Source: Giardia intestinalis
Lineage: Eukaryota
Length of the DNA: 64,000 nucleotides
NCBI GenBank assembly: GCA_000002435.2
Contig: CM018793.1
Reading direction: 5' to 3' (one strand)
Shown: positions 29,780 to 40,924 of the stretch, in pieces
How the letters are laid out: every line of letters begins with the position of its first letter
Numbering within the stretch: position 1 is the stretch's first letter
Position numbers and translations under genes: made by a program
Notes under the pieces: generated by a model
The model's database searches: none
Told to the model about the DNA's origin: nothing
What the model saw: only the letters and a program-made list of their open reading frames with translations

Positions 29780-30931
29780 ATGACTACCCTTGCAGAAAAA
29801 GCTGACGGGAGGAATATTTTGTTCTGGATAGGATGTGGCACTGTTCTGATATCTACTACTTGCCAGAATGTAGGGATGTTCATTCAGAAAAAATCTCATT
29901 TACGGCAGCAAATGCGTGACAAAACAGCCTCGCCACGGTATTGGCGAAGCGTTGGCTGGTGGGTGGGCATTGTTGTCTTTGTCTTCGGGGTAATAATGGA
30001 TTTTGTGTCACTTTCTCTACTCCCCACAACTGTGACACTTCCGCTGGGGTCAGTGGGCCTGGTCATCTCTCTCCTCTGCTCCCACTTTGGACTACACGAA
30101 CGTCTATCCTGTTATGACATCATCGGTCTTGTGTTTGTAATTACTGGCGCGTGCATCACCATGATCTTTATACCAAAGGAGCGCTCTCTCTTGACAGTCC
30201 CCGTTCTGCGCGACATGCTCCGGGTCAAGAACATAGAGCTGTGGTATTTTCTTGCATTCTTCTTGCTGACTCCCGCAGTAGTCGGAGTATCATTTGCACT
30301 GCCGTGTGCGTTAACGTATGGAATCTGTCCTGGAGTTAACGGGACTATCACGATGATCTGTGGGAAGATAATTGGCGAGCTAACGCTCCAAACTTTGTTC
30401 TATAATAGCAATCAAATGAAATACATCGAATACTATGCTTTTGTTCTTTGCATTGTGCCCTCCGTGCTGTGCCAGAACCACATGCTGCAACGAGCCTTAG
30501 CTCACTATGATAATATGATTATCGTCCCGGTCTACTATGTTTCTCTGACCATCCTTAATTGTTTGACGGGCTTGCTTTTCTTTAAAGATTTCTCCAATAT
30601 TACTGTCGGCTCCAGCCTTGCATTTGCCGCGGGGATTTTGATTGTGTGCATTGGTTGTGTTTTCCTTAGCATTACACATATTAATAGTCCAAACCGTCTA
30701 GAATCATTCCGAACAAAGAATACCTGTCCCGATGGACCCGTAATTCACATGCATACCACATGCTTACAGACTATCTGCCCGCTCAGCGACCTGGACAATA
30801 TAGTTGATAAACCTGAAGTCAAGCGAAGGGTTTGTAGCTTTCGGAAACACCAACGGCCGCAGGTCTATGAGCAATCTCCGTGTAAAATAGTGACGGGGCA
30901 AAAGTGCCCCCCTGTATGCAGCCAGCAATGA
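29780..30931 (+). CDS. NIPA-like magnesium transporter (DUF803 family)
   Basis: Nine TM helices. The QKKSHLR...RYW and PLGSVGLVISLL pattern is typical of NIPA proteins. Confidence 0.65.
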   Translation: MTTLAEKADGRNILFWIGCGTVLISTTCQNVGMFIQKKSHLRQQMRDKTASPRYWRSVGWWVGIVVFVFGVIMDFVSLSLLPTTVTLPLGSVGLVISLLCSHFGLHERLSCYDIIGLVFVITGACITMIFIPKERSLLTVPVLRDMLRVKNIELWYFLAFFLLTPAVVGVSFALPCALTYGICPGVNGTITMICGKIIGELTLQTLFYNSNQMKYIEYYAFVLCIVPSVLCQNHMLQRALAHYDNMIIVPVYYVSLTILNCLTGLLFFKDFSNITVGSSLAFAAGILIVCIGCVFLSITHINSPNRLESFRTKNTCPDGPVIHMHTTCLQTICPLSDLDNIVDKPEVKRRVCSFRKHQRPQVYEQSPCKIVTGQKCPPVCSQQ

Positions 30932-30984
30932 TTACAGAGCAAGAAAGCAAGCAAGCGATTCTATCTATTAGTTACTTTAGTTCT

Positions 30985-31959
30985 TTACTCAAAGTCTTTA
31001 AGGTTATGTTCCAACTTTTCAATACGGCGCTCCAGGTCATCCATTTGCTTGACCGTACGCCTAATATTCGGTTTCATGGGCCATTCCTTAGGCCTTCCCT
31101 TCTTATCGTAAGCATTCTTTCCAACTTCTTCATAATATTCACTACTGAAGATCTCTTTGCTTTTTTCCGCCCACTCTTTTCTTCGAGCCTCCTTTCTCTC
31201 CTCTTTGAGCTCATTAATTACCCACGAGCCAATGTTGCTTGTTGTGTACGTTCCATTAAAGTTAGTGAAGACGTCGTCTGCTAGTAGCAGAAGATGAGGA
31301 AACTTGCGCATCAATATACGACTGCAGTAATTGTTCTCATCGAGGGTTCCGTCGCAGTTAACTGTCATTGTGGTTACGTTATCCTTTAGAGAGGTTGCCA
31401 ATCGCTGGATGGAGATCATGTTTGCCGCACACGTCTTGCACATCTTACTGGTAAAGAACAACAGCACCGGCTTTCGATCAGTTTCTTCGTAAAAATCAAG
31501 AAGATCCTCCTCAGAGACGAAGGAATACATATCTTCCGGGTCTCCTCTCTGTATTCTATCTAACACAAAGGCTGCTACGTTGGGTACATTGAATGACTCC
31601 TCCATTAACTCTGTTACGTTCTCCTCGCCAAGATGCATCATGAGACGGGGGAGCTTTTTGAAATAAGACAGGTTGAATGCGTCATTATTGGCCTTATTCT
31701 GCTTGTCAATAAGAAATATCGGGTGAAGCCCCTGCACGACCATCGCTTGGGATATGTTATGTAGATCTTGAAGGGTCTCTTTTTGCTGATCCGTTGCTGC
31801 AGCTGAATCCCAGTAAATCGCTATCAGGTCACCGCCCAATTTAAGCATTTCATTATGTGTGATGGAACGCAGACCCTCAGCGGATGCGTCTTGTTGGGGC
31901 GGAGTTGTGTCTGTTGTGAGGTAGAGTGCGAACAAAAACAGGAAGGAAACTATTCTCAT
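30985..31959 (-). CDS. Secreted protein with tandem thioredoxin-like (PDI-like) folds, one CKTC motif and a C-terminal K/E-rich tail
   Basis: MRIVSFLFLFALYL signal and VLLFFTSKMCKTCAAN. ATG (rc) at 31957-31959. Confidence 0.5.
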   Translation of the reverse strand: MRIVSFLFLFALYLTTDTTPPQQDASAEGLRSITHNEMLKLGGDLIAIYWDSAAATDQQKETLQDLHNISQAMVVQGLHPIFLIDKQNKANNDAFNLSYFKKLPRLMMHLGEENVTELMEESFNVPNVAAFVLDRIQRGDPEDMYSFVSEEDLLDFYEETDRKPVLLFFTSKMCKTCAANMISIQRLATSLKDNVTTMTVNCDGTLDENNYCSRILMRKFPHLLLLADDVFTNFNGTYTTSNIGSWVINELKEERKEARRKEWAEKSKEIFSSEYYEEVGKNAYDKKGRPKEWPMKPNIRRTVKQMDDLERRIEKLEHNLKDFE

Positions 31960-32098
31960 TCTTATTTTTCATTATGAAGGAATTTACTCTGAGCCCAGAG
32001 TTTTAATACAAACGTGCTATTCATAAATGTTACTAACCAAGGTAGCCAAGGCTCTACAGTTGGCTCTACAGTTTACAGATGCTATTTTTATATAACAA

Positions 32099-33436
32099 AT
32101 GGCAGCAAGCGCGCGTCAAGGAATAATAACCATAACCTTTTGCAGTCTAGCCTACATGTTTTCTTATATTCACCGCATATGCATCACAAGTATTACTGAC
32201 CTAATGCAAGGCGTGTATGCAGTTGAGCTGGACAAGATTGGAATCCTGGTATCAACCTTTTTCTACACCTACAGCGCCCTCCAGCCATTCGCTGGGCTTG
32301 CAGTAGACATTCTGCAGGCACGGTGGGTTGTGTTTGTGTCGGGGTTCCTCATAGCTGCTGGATCCATACTAATGGGGTGTATCGTGAACTTCCCTGCTGC
32401 CTGTGCGTTCCGTGGCTTGGCTGGAATAGGTAGCGCGTGTCTCTACGTAGCAACAGTCAAATACGCTATGCTTTGGCTTGCACCCAAGCAGTTTGTGATA
32501 TGCACAGGCAGTCTTGCGGCGTCATCAGGGCTCGCGAGCCTTCTGGCTTCAGCACCGTTAAGGCACCTCGCCGATGCTATCGGAATAAGGTTGTTGTTTG
32601 TTATCCTCGGTGTATGTCCGCTCATAGCTTCGATAATCGTGGGGATAGTGGGAAGCTATCCTCCTTCGTATTACGCAGGTGGGAAGCAAACAACAAAGGA
32701 CGCAATTAAAGACTTCAAAAACGGATTCCGAGAATTAGGCCGTACGCGGGCCGCAGTATCCCTCATACCTCTCCTGATCTATTACTTCTTCTTTTCTGGG
32801 GCAAACTATACCATCTCCGCATTCCTTGGCGTGGTGTTCATAACATCCTTAAATCAATCCCTGTCACATACATATGCTACATGGATGTTTCTGCTTCAAA
32901 GCATTGGGCTGATCATTTCAGGGCTTGCTATACCCCACATGGCAAAATACATTGGAAGGAAACCTCCACATATTATAACACCGTTACTTGTCTCAGGATT
33001 GATGTTCTGTATAGCGTTTTTCAAGGAACAGGCAGCCGGATGGAAGTTCGGAATGGTGTACTTCTTCTACGGGATCCTGACTGGGGCCACTGTTCCCATC
33101 GGCTACACGCTGTGTAAGGAATTGGTGCCTCCAGATATCCTTGCAACAGCGATAGGCTTATTTAACTTCTTCCCCGCACTCGGTGGGGCTATTTTTCAAA
33201 ACACATTTCCGCTTCTATTGCGCACCAACTCACTGACAGAATACCAGACAATTGCTTTTATCCTCGCAGGGCAGTATCTCCTTTGTGCCTTCATAGGAGC
33301 GTTTCTGAAGGAGACGTCTGGGCTGACAATAGGACGCACATGCAAACGGCCACAGCGCAGAAGCGCAATCTCAGACAATAACGCAGGTGCTGATGGTAAA
33401 GAGATCCAGATGAATAGTACTCAGATAAGTGCATAA
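32099..33436 (+). CDS. Major facilitator superfamily transporter
   Basis: Twelve predicted TM helices in a 6+6 arrangement with loop motifs such as GLAGIGSACLYVA. Confidence 0.75.
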   Translation: MAASARQGIITITFCSLAYMFSYIHRICITSITDLMQGVYAVELDKIGILVSTFFYTYSALQPFAGLAVDILQARWVVFVSGFLIAAGSILMGCIVNFPAACAFRGLAGIGSACLYVATVKYAMLWLAPKQFVICTGSLAASSGLASLLASAPLRHLADAIGIRLLFVILGVCPLIASIIVGIVGSYPPSYYAGGKQTTKDAIKDFKNGFRELGRTRAAVSLIPLLIYYFFFSGANYTISAFLGVVFITSLNQSLSHTYATWMFLLQSIGLIISGLAIPHMAKYIGRKPPHIITPLLVSGLMFCIAFFKEQAAGWKFGMVYFFYGILTGATVPIGYTLCKELVPPDILATAIGLFNFFPALGGAIFQNTFPLLLRTNSLTEYQTIAFILAGQYLLCAFIGAFLKETSGLTIGRTCKRPQRRSAISDNNAGADGKEIQMNSTQISA

Positions 33437-33452
33437 GTGGTGGCCTCCTCAG

Positions 33453-34313
33453 TCAATAGAAATACGTCGGCTTTGCGGATATGGACAGAATGCTCATCTT
33501 GATGGCGGAGAGCAACCACTTACCATTGTAGTAGCGGTAACTGTAGTCTACCAGGTAGTCTCTAGACTTATTATACCCCCCATTGACTGTTTGTCCGGAC
33601 CTATTTGTCACGGCATACGCTCCCGTCAGTATAGCAGTGAAGTGTAGCTCCATCGAATGTAGGTCAAGCCCTGTGCACTTAACCCCTCGAATGTGATGAA
33701 GGCGGAAGTGTGTATCCACGTCCTTTCGGATACGTTCCTGGATGCCTTCGAGTAGCTGCTTTTGCAGTTTGCTGGTGCAATTGTCAAGCAAATATGCTAT
33801 CGTTTGCCGAGGATAGCTTTGTGGATTGTAGGTATTAAAGATATTGAGGTATCCACCAAGGATTGCCACTAAGGTGTCTATGCCATAGTTCTCAGTGAAG
33901 TGTGGGAGGTCGAAGCTGGGCAGCAAAGATCGAAGACGGCGAAAATCAAGGGCAAGAATAGCCTTAACTTGCTCGACATATGGCCTTAAAAGTGAATAGT
34001 TGGATGCTCGCGTTAGGACAGAAGAGATGAATCTACCATGCTGCTTCGTATGGTTGTAAAGGTCTTCATTATGCGGGTTGGTGGCCGTTTCTCCATCCAA
34101 GAGAGCGTTAGAGATTGTTTCGTTAATTTCCCTCAATCGCGTGCGTATGTCCTCCTCGCAGGTACTTTTGTCCTTTAGCGACGCGGGTGCCATGCGCAGG
34201 ACAGGTCGTTGGCCCAGCAGTTTTCGCCACTCCTTAGTTTCCATCAGCGAGTTCATAAATGCATCTGCGACTCCTTCAAACAGTACTAGCCGATAGGGCG
34301 TAAAACTTTTCAT
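33453..34313 (-). CDS. Hypothetical protein
   Basis: The track start 34415 is TTG and would overlap the divergent gene at 34383. The first ATG (rc) is at 34311-34313, which gives 287 aa. Confidence 0.55.
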   Translation of the reverse strand: MKSFTPYRLVLFEGVADAFMNSLMETKEWRKLLGQRPVLRMAPASLKDKSTCEEDIRTRLREINETISNALLDGETATNPHNEDLYNHTKQHGRFISSVLTRASNYSLLRPYVEQVKAILALDFRRLRSLLPSFDLPHFTENYGIDTLVAILGGYLNIFNTYNPQSYPRQTIAYLLDNCTSKLQKQLLEGIQERIRKDVDTHFRLHHIRGVKCTGLDLHSMELHFTAILTGAYAVTNRSGQTVNGGYNKSRDYLVDYSYRYYNGKWLLSAIKMSILSISAKPTYFY

Positions 34314-34382
34314 GAAGCAGTCGTCCCAGAAAAAGCAAAAGGCGTAGAAGCCCAATTTTAAAGCTAGAACGGAAATCGTCGT

Positions 34383-35651
34383 ATGGAGAATGTGCCTGGT
34401 ATTGATCTGTTTCAAACCGCCGCACGCAAAACCAGTAGTTTCATACCTGTGCCAGTTAGACGGTCAGATCCTATACTAGAGCGTTGTTATGTACCAACAG
34501 TGGATTCTGCCTATCTGAAGCTCACAGATAGCGTCACGAGTTTCAACAGCTCTACGTCCTCATCTATGGTGGGCTCGCACATAGTAGAGTCTCATTTATC
34601 TAATCGTCCTCCTCAATCTGAGAGTTCATTGGCTGCTCCCCTGTCACGGCTCCTTATTCCTGAGGTATCTACTAGCGTTCATCATGCACCACCATTGGCT
34701 ACTACCAATCCAGCTGATGATGCTTTACCTGCTTCGCAATCTGCATCTAAGGTGACTTTTGAAGGTCTTCACAGCGCGGAGACGGTATCGTCGGCAACTC
34801 TTGCCAAGCTTCTAACCGCTACTACCCCTTCACCGTCCCATAAGTTTCTAAATTACATCTACTCGACAACATCTGTAGATCCTAATCAAGAACGAGTCGT
34901 AGATGAACCTGCATTCACAGTAACTTCAGTTAGGCGATCAGATAGAGAGATCGTTAAAGCAGTGCGTCAGAAGAAGGACTCTCCAAATCCTCCGCAGGAC
35001 CCGTACATTCAGAGCGTTACCATGCTGACACAGCTAGTTACTCAAAATACGCACCTAGTAAAAACCGCTTTGGATGCCATATCCGTCGCGGCCATCAAGC
35101 CACATCAAATCACTACACCCAGCCATCTTGTATCTACCACTGTACCCTCGCCATTAGAAAGGCCGACACCGCAGACACCCCAGGCAGCGCAGCCACCTCA
35201 AGTGCCCCATGCACAACTAACAAGAATGACAGAGAAGACACACCCACAGCAGCCTTCTAGGGTGCATCAGAGTATCACCAAGCCACTTCAGAGAAGACCC
35301 ACCAGAATCCCTAAGCCGACAACACCGCCCTGTGCCACGCAACAGTACGCACCGTCGACGCCTATGTTTACTCTCAACAACCATTCTGACGTGAAAGTAC
35401 GCGCTCTCTCCCACGATGACCTTATTGGTGTTCCCATCAGGGCTCAGGAATACATGCCTAATGGGCCAACCTTTGACTTTCTCAACGCACTCATTAAGGA
35501 GGAGTGTCATGAGGCTGTGATTGGCACGCAAGGAGGTCGCTCTTCCGCGCCTGTTTTCGATCCATTTCTGAACGATCTGGTTAACGCAGCATCTCAGCTA
35601 GATGAACTCGTTAACAGTATGTGCTCAGATGTCTCATATCCTGGTAAGTAA
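34383..35651 (+). CDS. Hypothetical Ser/Thr/Pro-rich protein
   Basis: ATG at 34383. Low-complexity S/T/P/Q-rich sequence. Confidence 0.6.
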   Translation: MENVPGIDLFQTAARKTSSFIPVPVRRSDPILERCYVPTVDSAYLKLTDSVTSFNSSTSSSMVGSHIVESHLSNRPPQSESSLAAPLSRLLIPEVSTSVHHAPPLATTNPADDALPASQSASKVTFEGLHSAETVSSATLAKLLTATTPSPSHKFLNYIYSTTSVDPNQERVVDEPAFTVTSVRRSDREIVKAVRQKKDSPNPPQDPYIQSVTMLTQLVTQNTHLVKTALDAISVAAIKPHQITTPSHLVSTTVPSPLERPTPQTPQAAQPPQVPHAQLTRMTEKTHPQQPSRVHQSITKPLQRRPTRIPKPTTPPCATQQYAPSTPMFTLNNHSDVKVRALSHDDLIGVPIRAQEYMPNGPTFDFLNALIKEECHEAVIGTQGGRSSAPVFDPFLNDLVNAASQLDELVNSMCSDVSYPGK

Positions 35652-35697
35652 GGACTACCAACGTAGCACCAGTTTAACGAGCAGACAAGATCTACAC

Positions 35698-38600
35698 TTA
35701 CACAGGCATGTCACGAAAATCTACCGTTGCATCATTGTCACTCTTTAGAAGTTCAATTGGAGTATTTCTATAAAAGGTATCTGCTGCCATTACACTGAAA
35801 ACCATATTAGGTGTGATATCGAAGACTTTTAAGAACGTAGCAAAGCTTCTATTAGTTTGCAGAGACTCAGCCGCCTTCAGATAGACGTTTTTATTCCAGC
35901 GAGTAATGTTGCCGACATCAAATACAAAGTCGTCTCTAGAGATATTGTTCTCGCACATCAGGTGTCGGATGTAAAAAGTCTGAGTCTCGTTTATCCCCAG
36001 ATGAAGGTCCACAATTCTACGAACTGTGCTGTGAGTGTAGATATCGCGTACAGCACTGGTAGCATTTGATGATTTGCCCACCAAACCTCTTTCTTCCTTA
36101 CTTTCGCTGTCTCGGAGTGACTGAATGTCTCTGGTACTGTTGCAAAGCAAAGCTTCCAGTCTACCTCTTAGGCCCAGGGCAGCCATAGGCTTCATATACT
36201 GCTGTGTTGACGTTTTGGAGTCGTGCTGCATAACGGTGTATAGCGCCTCTATGATTACATTTTGTATAACCGTTATCCTCACATGAACAATTGACGAATT
36301 GGATAGAGCAGGATATCGCGAGACTGACTTCAGAAGCTCTGCAAGCTGTGGAGTAAGCATGTCTACTGTGCCGCGATAGATAACTAGGAGCTTTTTCTTA
36401 TTCTGCCGGCAGTTTTCCATCTGCCAAATAGCCGGGCCTCCTATCCCTTGGGCTGCCGTAGATGGAAGATCACTATAACTGAGGAACAGAGGCTCTTCTC
36501 TGGAACATATAGGTCGGTAAACCTGCGCATACTCGTCTCCTATGTAGATATTTTCCAGCCACCTGACCATCAAGCGCTCGATTCCCCCAATACAACGGAA
36601 AAGCTTGGCCAAGCAGTCCAGTGCGATATAGACTAAAAGGTAATATCGGTCAGGGCCCCCATGTGTCTGATTAGATGTTTGTTGGCTAGAAGACACAAGC
36701 ACCTTGTGCAATTTGCTGACAAATACGTTTAGGCAAACGAAGCAGCGTTTAATGTTTTCTTCAACGCCCGTAGATTCTTTAATCAGCTCTATCGCACACT
36801 GCGAGAGGTACAGCACATAGTAGTTAATCAGGACCTTAGCTATTAGCGGTATCTTTTGATATTCTTCTGAGGAAGCATCAGCTATGGATGTTTCTAAACA
36901 GCCGGTAATGATGAATAATAGTTCATTTATGAGGGTGCTGCTCAAGTACTTAGTCCCCTTGCTTGTCAAGTAGACTACTAAGAGCCCACATATACAAGAG
37001 CATTCTATAGCAGAGCAGGTGGAAGACTGAGAGGCATCCTTTTTGATAAGTGCAGCAACCATGTTATTCGCTAGAACATGAGAGCATCTTTTGCTGTGAA
37101 AGTACATCAAGAAAGTTGTTTCAAAGATAGATAGCTTTACGCACTTAAGGGCAATGGACATGCACGCCTCGCTGGTATCTATCTGATCAGTAAAAGATTC
37201 TGAATAGGATATAATGGCTACATGCAGATATGATTTGAGGCAAGTGATGCATGAATTGGCAATCTCAGTTGACTGCTTAGGGGATGTGGTGTCGCCCTTC
37301 TCTGCCTCATTGCAAAGCCATCCTCGACCTGCTATCAGGCTCAGGTAGCACTCAACACCCTTATCAATGAGGCCCCATATTTCTTTCTCCATGACCTCTC
37401 TTGACTTAAGGTTTGGATCTGTCACCATGATATAGGGGTGTAGATTCACGTCCTGTATCATGAACTTTATGAAGCGGGGCATGTTGGCATGGAGTAGGGC
37501 TCTTTTAGCGTCATCCATGCTGCCATACTCTTCGCTCTGGCTTGCTCCAGTAAACGCTATTTTGAGAATCTGGAGGACTATCTCTTGCCTCGCCAAGGTT
37601 TCGTGCATAATTGGCGTTGATTGGGATAAGTCCCTGAGCATCTCAAATACATTGTCCATTGTGAAGATTTGCAGGACATTCCCTTCAGATATGCTCTTCT
37701 TCATCTCCTGAATGGGATGCTTTGAAGACAGAATAGAGAAGTACGTAAGATATGGACACACCATCTGTATGTCTTGCAGAGCAGTTAGCAGGATAGTCAT
37801 CGTGTAACCGTCATCTATAGAGCAAAGACCCTCGGGGTTGGTCTGTCCTGCTGGGTAGGAGTAGTGCTGATGTATCTGGTCAAGACACTTTGCAGGCATC
37901 AAGATTCCGCTTTCTAGAAGCATTGTGGTTGTTTCTCCAGACGGACACAGAGTGGAGGCAGAGTCAGAGATGGAATGCAGCGACCGTGCAGACGCAGAGA
38001 TGCCTGTGGTACTGGATTTCTCAAGCTCGTCGACCTCGATACTACTTGGTAGTGCCAGCTCGTTGGCCCCATCCTTTATGGAGCTCTCAATATCAGACGG
38101 CGGTATCAAATGCCCGACAATACCAGAAGAACCCGAAAGCTTTGATAACCGTGCTTCTACAAAATCAAGCATCGTTTTCAGCTGGCACACTCTATCCGAT
38201 GATCGGAGCTTTTCAACCGTAGCATTAAAGGACGGATCCGGCTCGACGAGTAGTTTGGTGCAGAGTTTAGAGTATATGGAAGCCAGAGACTGCAGGTCAC
38301 AGTAAATATTATCAGATTGAGAATCTGTTCTCAATCCATAAAAGGTTAATTTTAGCTGACCATTAGGATACCGGTAAATGGACGAAGGAGTGAGGAGCCC
38401 ATGACTATACGGAATATCGGGATCTTTCTTACGAAGTGTCGTTAGCACTTTGTACAGCTCCTTGAGGGCTTCAAGGATCTGCTTACAAAGCTTGTAGATA
38501 TATGCCATCTTATCAATGGGATCAAGGTCCATTAGTCCACGGACTCCCTGAGATTGCTTAGTGTCATTATCTGAAAAGAGGGTCTCTAATGTAGATACTC

Positions 38601-38832
38601 CCTTAGTTGCTTTGATATTTGGGTAAAGCCGTACTGAAGTAATGTTATCTGATGTTTTGTACTTTTTAGCTCTATAATATAATAGGAAGCGTGAATCTTT
38701 TATAAGCCTTGAAGAACTCCAAGAAGAGAGAGACTCAATGTCCGAAGCATCTCCGGGCATAGACACGCTTTTAAACTTACTGCCGCGAATGCAAGCATTT
38801 GTGGGAATGAGAACGTGATAGGTTGTGGACAT
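35698..38832 (-). CDS. Large hypothetical protein (1044 aa). The N-terminal ~180 aa weakly resemble a degenerate kinase C-lobe
   Basis: The real ATG (rc) is at 38830-38832 because the track start is GTG. An AT-rich initiator lies upstream. Confidence 0.7.
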   Translation of the reverse strand: MSTTYHVLIPTNACIRGSKFKSVSMPGDASDIESLSSWSSSRLIKDSRFLLYYRAKKYKTSDNITSVRLYPNIKATKGVSTLETLFSDNDTKQSQGVRGLMDLDPIDKMAYIYKLCKQILEALKELYKVLTTLRKKDPDIPYSHGLLTPSSIYRYPNGQLKLTFYGLRTDSQSDNIYCDLQSLASIYSKLCTKLLVEPDPSFNATVEKLRSSDRVCQLKTMLDFVEARLSKLSGSSGIVGHLIPPSDIESSIKDGANELALPSSIEVDELEKSSTTGISASARSLHSISDSASTLCPSGETTTMLLESGILMPAKCLDQIHQHYSYPAGQTNPEGLCSIDDGYTMTILLTALQDIQMVCPYLTYFSILSSKHPIQEMKKSISEGNVLQIFTMDNVFEMLRDLSQSTPIMHETLARQEIVLQILKIAFTGASQSEEYGSMDDAKRALLHANMPRFIKFMIQDVNLHPYIMVTDPNLKSREVMEKEIWGLIDKGVECYLSLIAGRGWLCNEAEKGDTTSPKQSTEIANSCITCLKSYLHVAIISYSESFTDQIDTSEACMSIALKCVKLSIFETTFLMYFHSKRCSHVLANNMVAALIKKDASQSSTCSAIECSCICGLLVVYLTSKGTKYLSSTLINELLFIITGCLETSIADASSEEYQKIPLIAKVLINYYVLYLSQCAIELIKESTGVEENIKRCFVCLNVFVSKLHKVLVSSSQQTSNQTHGGPDRYYLLVYIALDCLAKLFRCIGGIERLMVRWLENIYIGDEYAQVYRPICSREEPLFLSYSDLPSTAAQGIGGPAIWQMENCRQNKKKLLVIYRGTVDMLTPQLAELLKSVSRYPALSNSSIVHVRITVIQNVIIEALYTVMQHDSKTSTQQYMKPMAALGLRGRLEALLCNSTRDIQSLRDSESKEERGLVGKSSNATSAVRDIYTHSTVRRIVDLHLGINETQTFYIRHLMCENNISRDDFVFDVGNITRWNKNVYLKAAESLQTNRSFATFLKVFDITPNMVFSVMAADTFYRNTPIELLKSDNDATVDFRDMPV

Positions 38833-39282
38833 AGGCCACACAAAGTATTTTTAAAATTGGGATAAGTAATTATGCTATGCTACCTATCAGTGTGTGGAGC
38901 ACAATGAAGTCGGAAATGCACGAGCCAGCATATGGAAGGATGCCATGCACAACTGCCTGATTGTTCTTTATTGAAGTGATTGACATTGATAGAAGGTCTA
39001 ATGATAATGATTTACAAGGAAAAACTTTGATGAAGTACTGATGCCTGGAGACTCGAGCAAAGGCATAATATATGCCGCTGTTCAGTACCATCCCTTGTAC
39101 CCCCCAAAGCTAGATGTCGAAAGACTGCCGATCTATATCAACCCCAGACGCCTAAGCACTCTGACGAATTACCTCGAAGCCACTGACAAGGACTTGACTG
39201 CAGCGCTCAAGCGACGATTGATCCCTGTCGCTGGCAACGCTCAGCCAGCACACGGTAGCCGGCATGTAGACCCTGCTACCTC

Positions 39283-40878
39283 ATGCTCGGCGGTACAGAC
39301 ACTCAAAAAAACGCTGTTGTGAATTTTTTGAACAGGATATTAAAAAGTAACGGGGAGATGTCCAAGGCCCAAAAGGTGAAGAGTAACAAGGTTCATTTCT
39401 TCAGCTTCGACTGGAATATACCCTCGTTCCTTACTCTGCCCAAGATTACGCGCCAGATAGACGATGATGTGCGCAAGGAAGTCATCATCGTGCCTGCAGA
39501 CACTGTCATTGCCGGATCGGTCGTAGTCAGCAACTCCGGAGGAAAGAGCCTTGCTTATGACTCTGTTGTCGTCGAACTACAGGGAGTTGTTGAGACTAAC
39601 GACGAGCAGGCCATTCGCCTTCCATTTTTCTCCGTTGCAAGGATAGCCAAGGGTGCAGGGACCCTCACATATCCCGAAACGTTCGGGTTCGATTTCTCCG
39701 GGAACACGCTCCCCTGTGAGACTATTAACGCGATGGATGCTGCGTTCTGCATAAAGTACTTTCTAGTCTGCACTCTGAAGACCAAGACTGGCAATTACTC
39801 TGGAGATACAGAGTTTGCTTGTCTGAAGTACCTTCCTAAACCGCTAGAGACCATCCCCATCAGGACGGAAATAGGAGTGGAGGACACTCTGCAACTGGAG
39901 CTGGAACTCAACAACACGTTCCTTGACATTTCAAGGGACATGCTGGTTGGGCGCGTTCACTTTGTGCATGCGGCCAAGAAGCTGGAAGAAATGGCCATTA
40001 TCATTAGAAGGAGGGAGCTCTTCCGTAAGAGCAAGAGCTCTACGGAGTGGTTCGCCTCTGCCTGGCACGACATACACTACTACGATATCATGGAAGGTGC
40101 CCCAACTCGCGAGGAAGTCATACCGTTCAGAATATACATGTCAAACTTGCAACTATCTCCATCCTTTAGTACAGATATTGCAAAACTAGAGTATGCGGTC
40201 GTCCTTTCGCTGATCGATTCGGAGAGTAGGAGCTACTTCCGGTCACACGAGCTCACGCTCTATAGAGGCTTCCCAGACGGGAAGGAAGCCGGAGAGCAGA
40301 ATATCAACCCGCCAGTGGATCAAGCTATGTCAACAGCAGGAGGTGCCCGCTACGAGACCCAGGTTTCTTTCCCTGGAGCTGCTGCCCCGTCCACAGCCAT
40401 GCCCTACGGCGATCCTACAGCTGGCTTGTCATCCATGATGCCTCAGGCGGGTGTGCCTCAGCAGCAACCTCAGTATGGAAGTGCATATGGTGGAGGATAC
40501 GGCGCTGGGATGGCGTACGGCGCTCCCCAGCCACACCATTCCGGGCCTGTCTCTGGGGCTGCCATGCCTGTTGGGCCAGGGCCGCAACAGTACCAACAGT
40601 TTGGAAACCAGCAGGGGTCTCAGATGCCTCCTCCTATTCAGCCCCAAGGGCAGCTAGGCGCTGCTACCATCCCTTCAGTCACTTCCGTTGAAGCTACGCC
40701 CCAGATAGGATCAACACCAAGTGGCCCTTATGGCGCACCTCCCCCACAATCTTCGATGTACGGTGATGCTTATAAGTCAGAGGGCTCTGGGATGGCAAAC
40801 CCTTATGGCACTCCTAGTTTTAGTCAGAATCCCTATGGCAATCCCTATGGTGCCTCGACTGGTCTGTACGGTTCGTAG
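39283..40878 (+). CDS. VPS26: Retromer subunit Vps26 (arrestin-like fold) with a ~180-aa Q/G/P/Y-rich low-complexity C-terminal tail
   Basis: EIGVEDTLQLELELNNT...VGRVHF, YYDIMEGAPTREEVIPFRIY and SRSYFRSHELTLYR align to VPS26. The start might instead be the ATG at 39358. Confidence 0.8.
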   Translation: MLGGTDTQKNAVVNFLNRILKSNGEMSKAQKVKSNKVHFFSFDWNIPSFLTLPKITRQIDDDVRKEVIIVPADTVIAGSVVVSNSGGKSLAYDSVVVELQGVVETNDEQAIRLPFFSVARIAKGAGTLTYPETFGFDFSGNTLPCETINAMDAAFCIKYFLVCTLKTKTGNYSGDTEFACLKYLPKPLETIPIRTEIGVEDTLQLELELNNTFLDISRDMLVGRVHFVHAAKKLEEMAIIIRRRELFRKSKSSTEWFASAWHDIHYYDIMEGAPTREEVIPFRIYMSNLQLSPSFSTDIAKLEYAVVLSLIDSESRSYFRSHELTLYRGFPDGKEAGEQNINPPVDQAMSTAGGARYETQVSFPGAAAPSTAMPYGDPTAGLSSMMPQAGVPQQQPQYGSAYGGGYGAGMAYGAPQPHHSGPVSGAAMPVGPGPQQYQQFGNQQGSQMPPPIQPQGQLGAATIPSVTSVEATPQIGSTPSGPYGAPPPQSSMYGDAYKSEGSGMANPYGTPSFSQNPYGNPYGASTGLYGS

Positions 40879-40924
40879 GAATAATAAGTGGACGAATAAA
40901 CTTTCGCAATTCAAATTTTATTAG

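Noticed and set aside
39041-39322. 93-aa ORF upstream of Vps26 that overlaps its preferred start
   Set aside because: No recognisable features. It overlaps the 39283 ATG of Vps26 out of frame. It is kept as a possibility only if Vps26 really starts at 39358.
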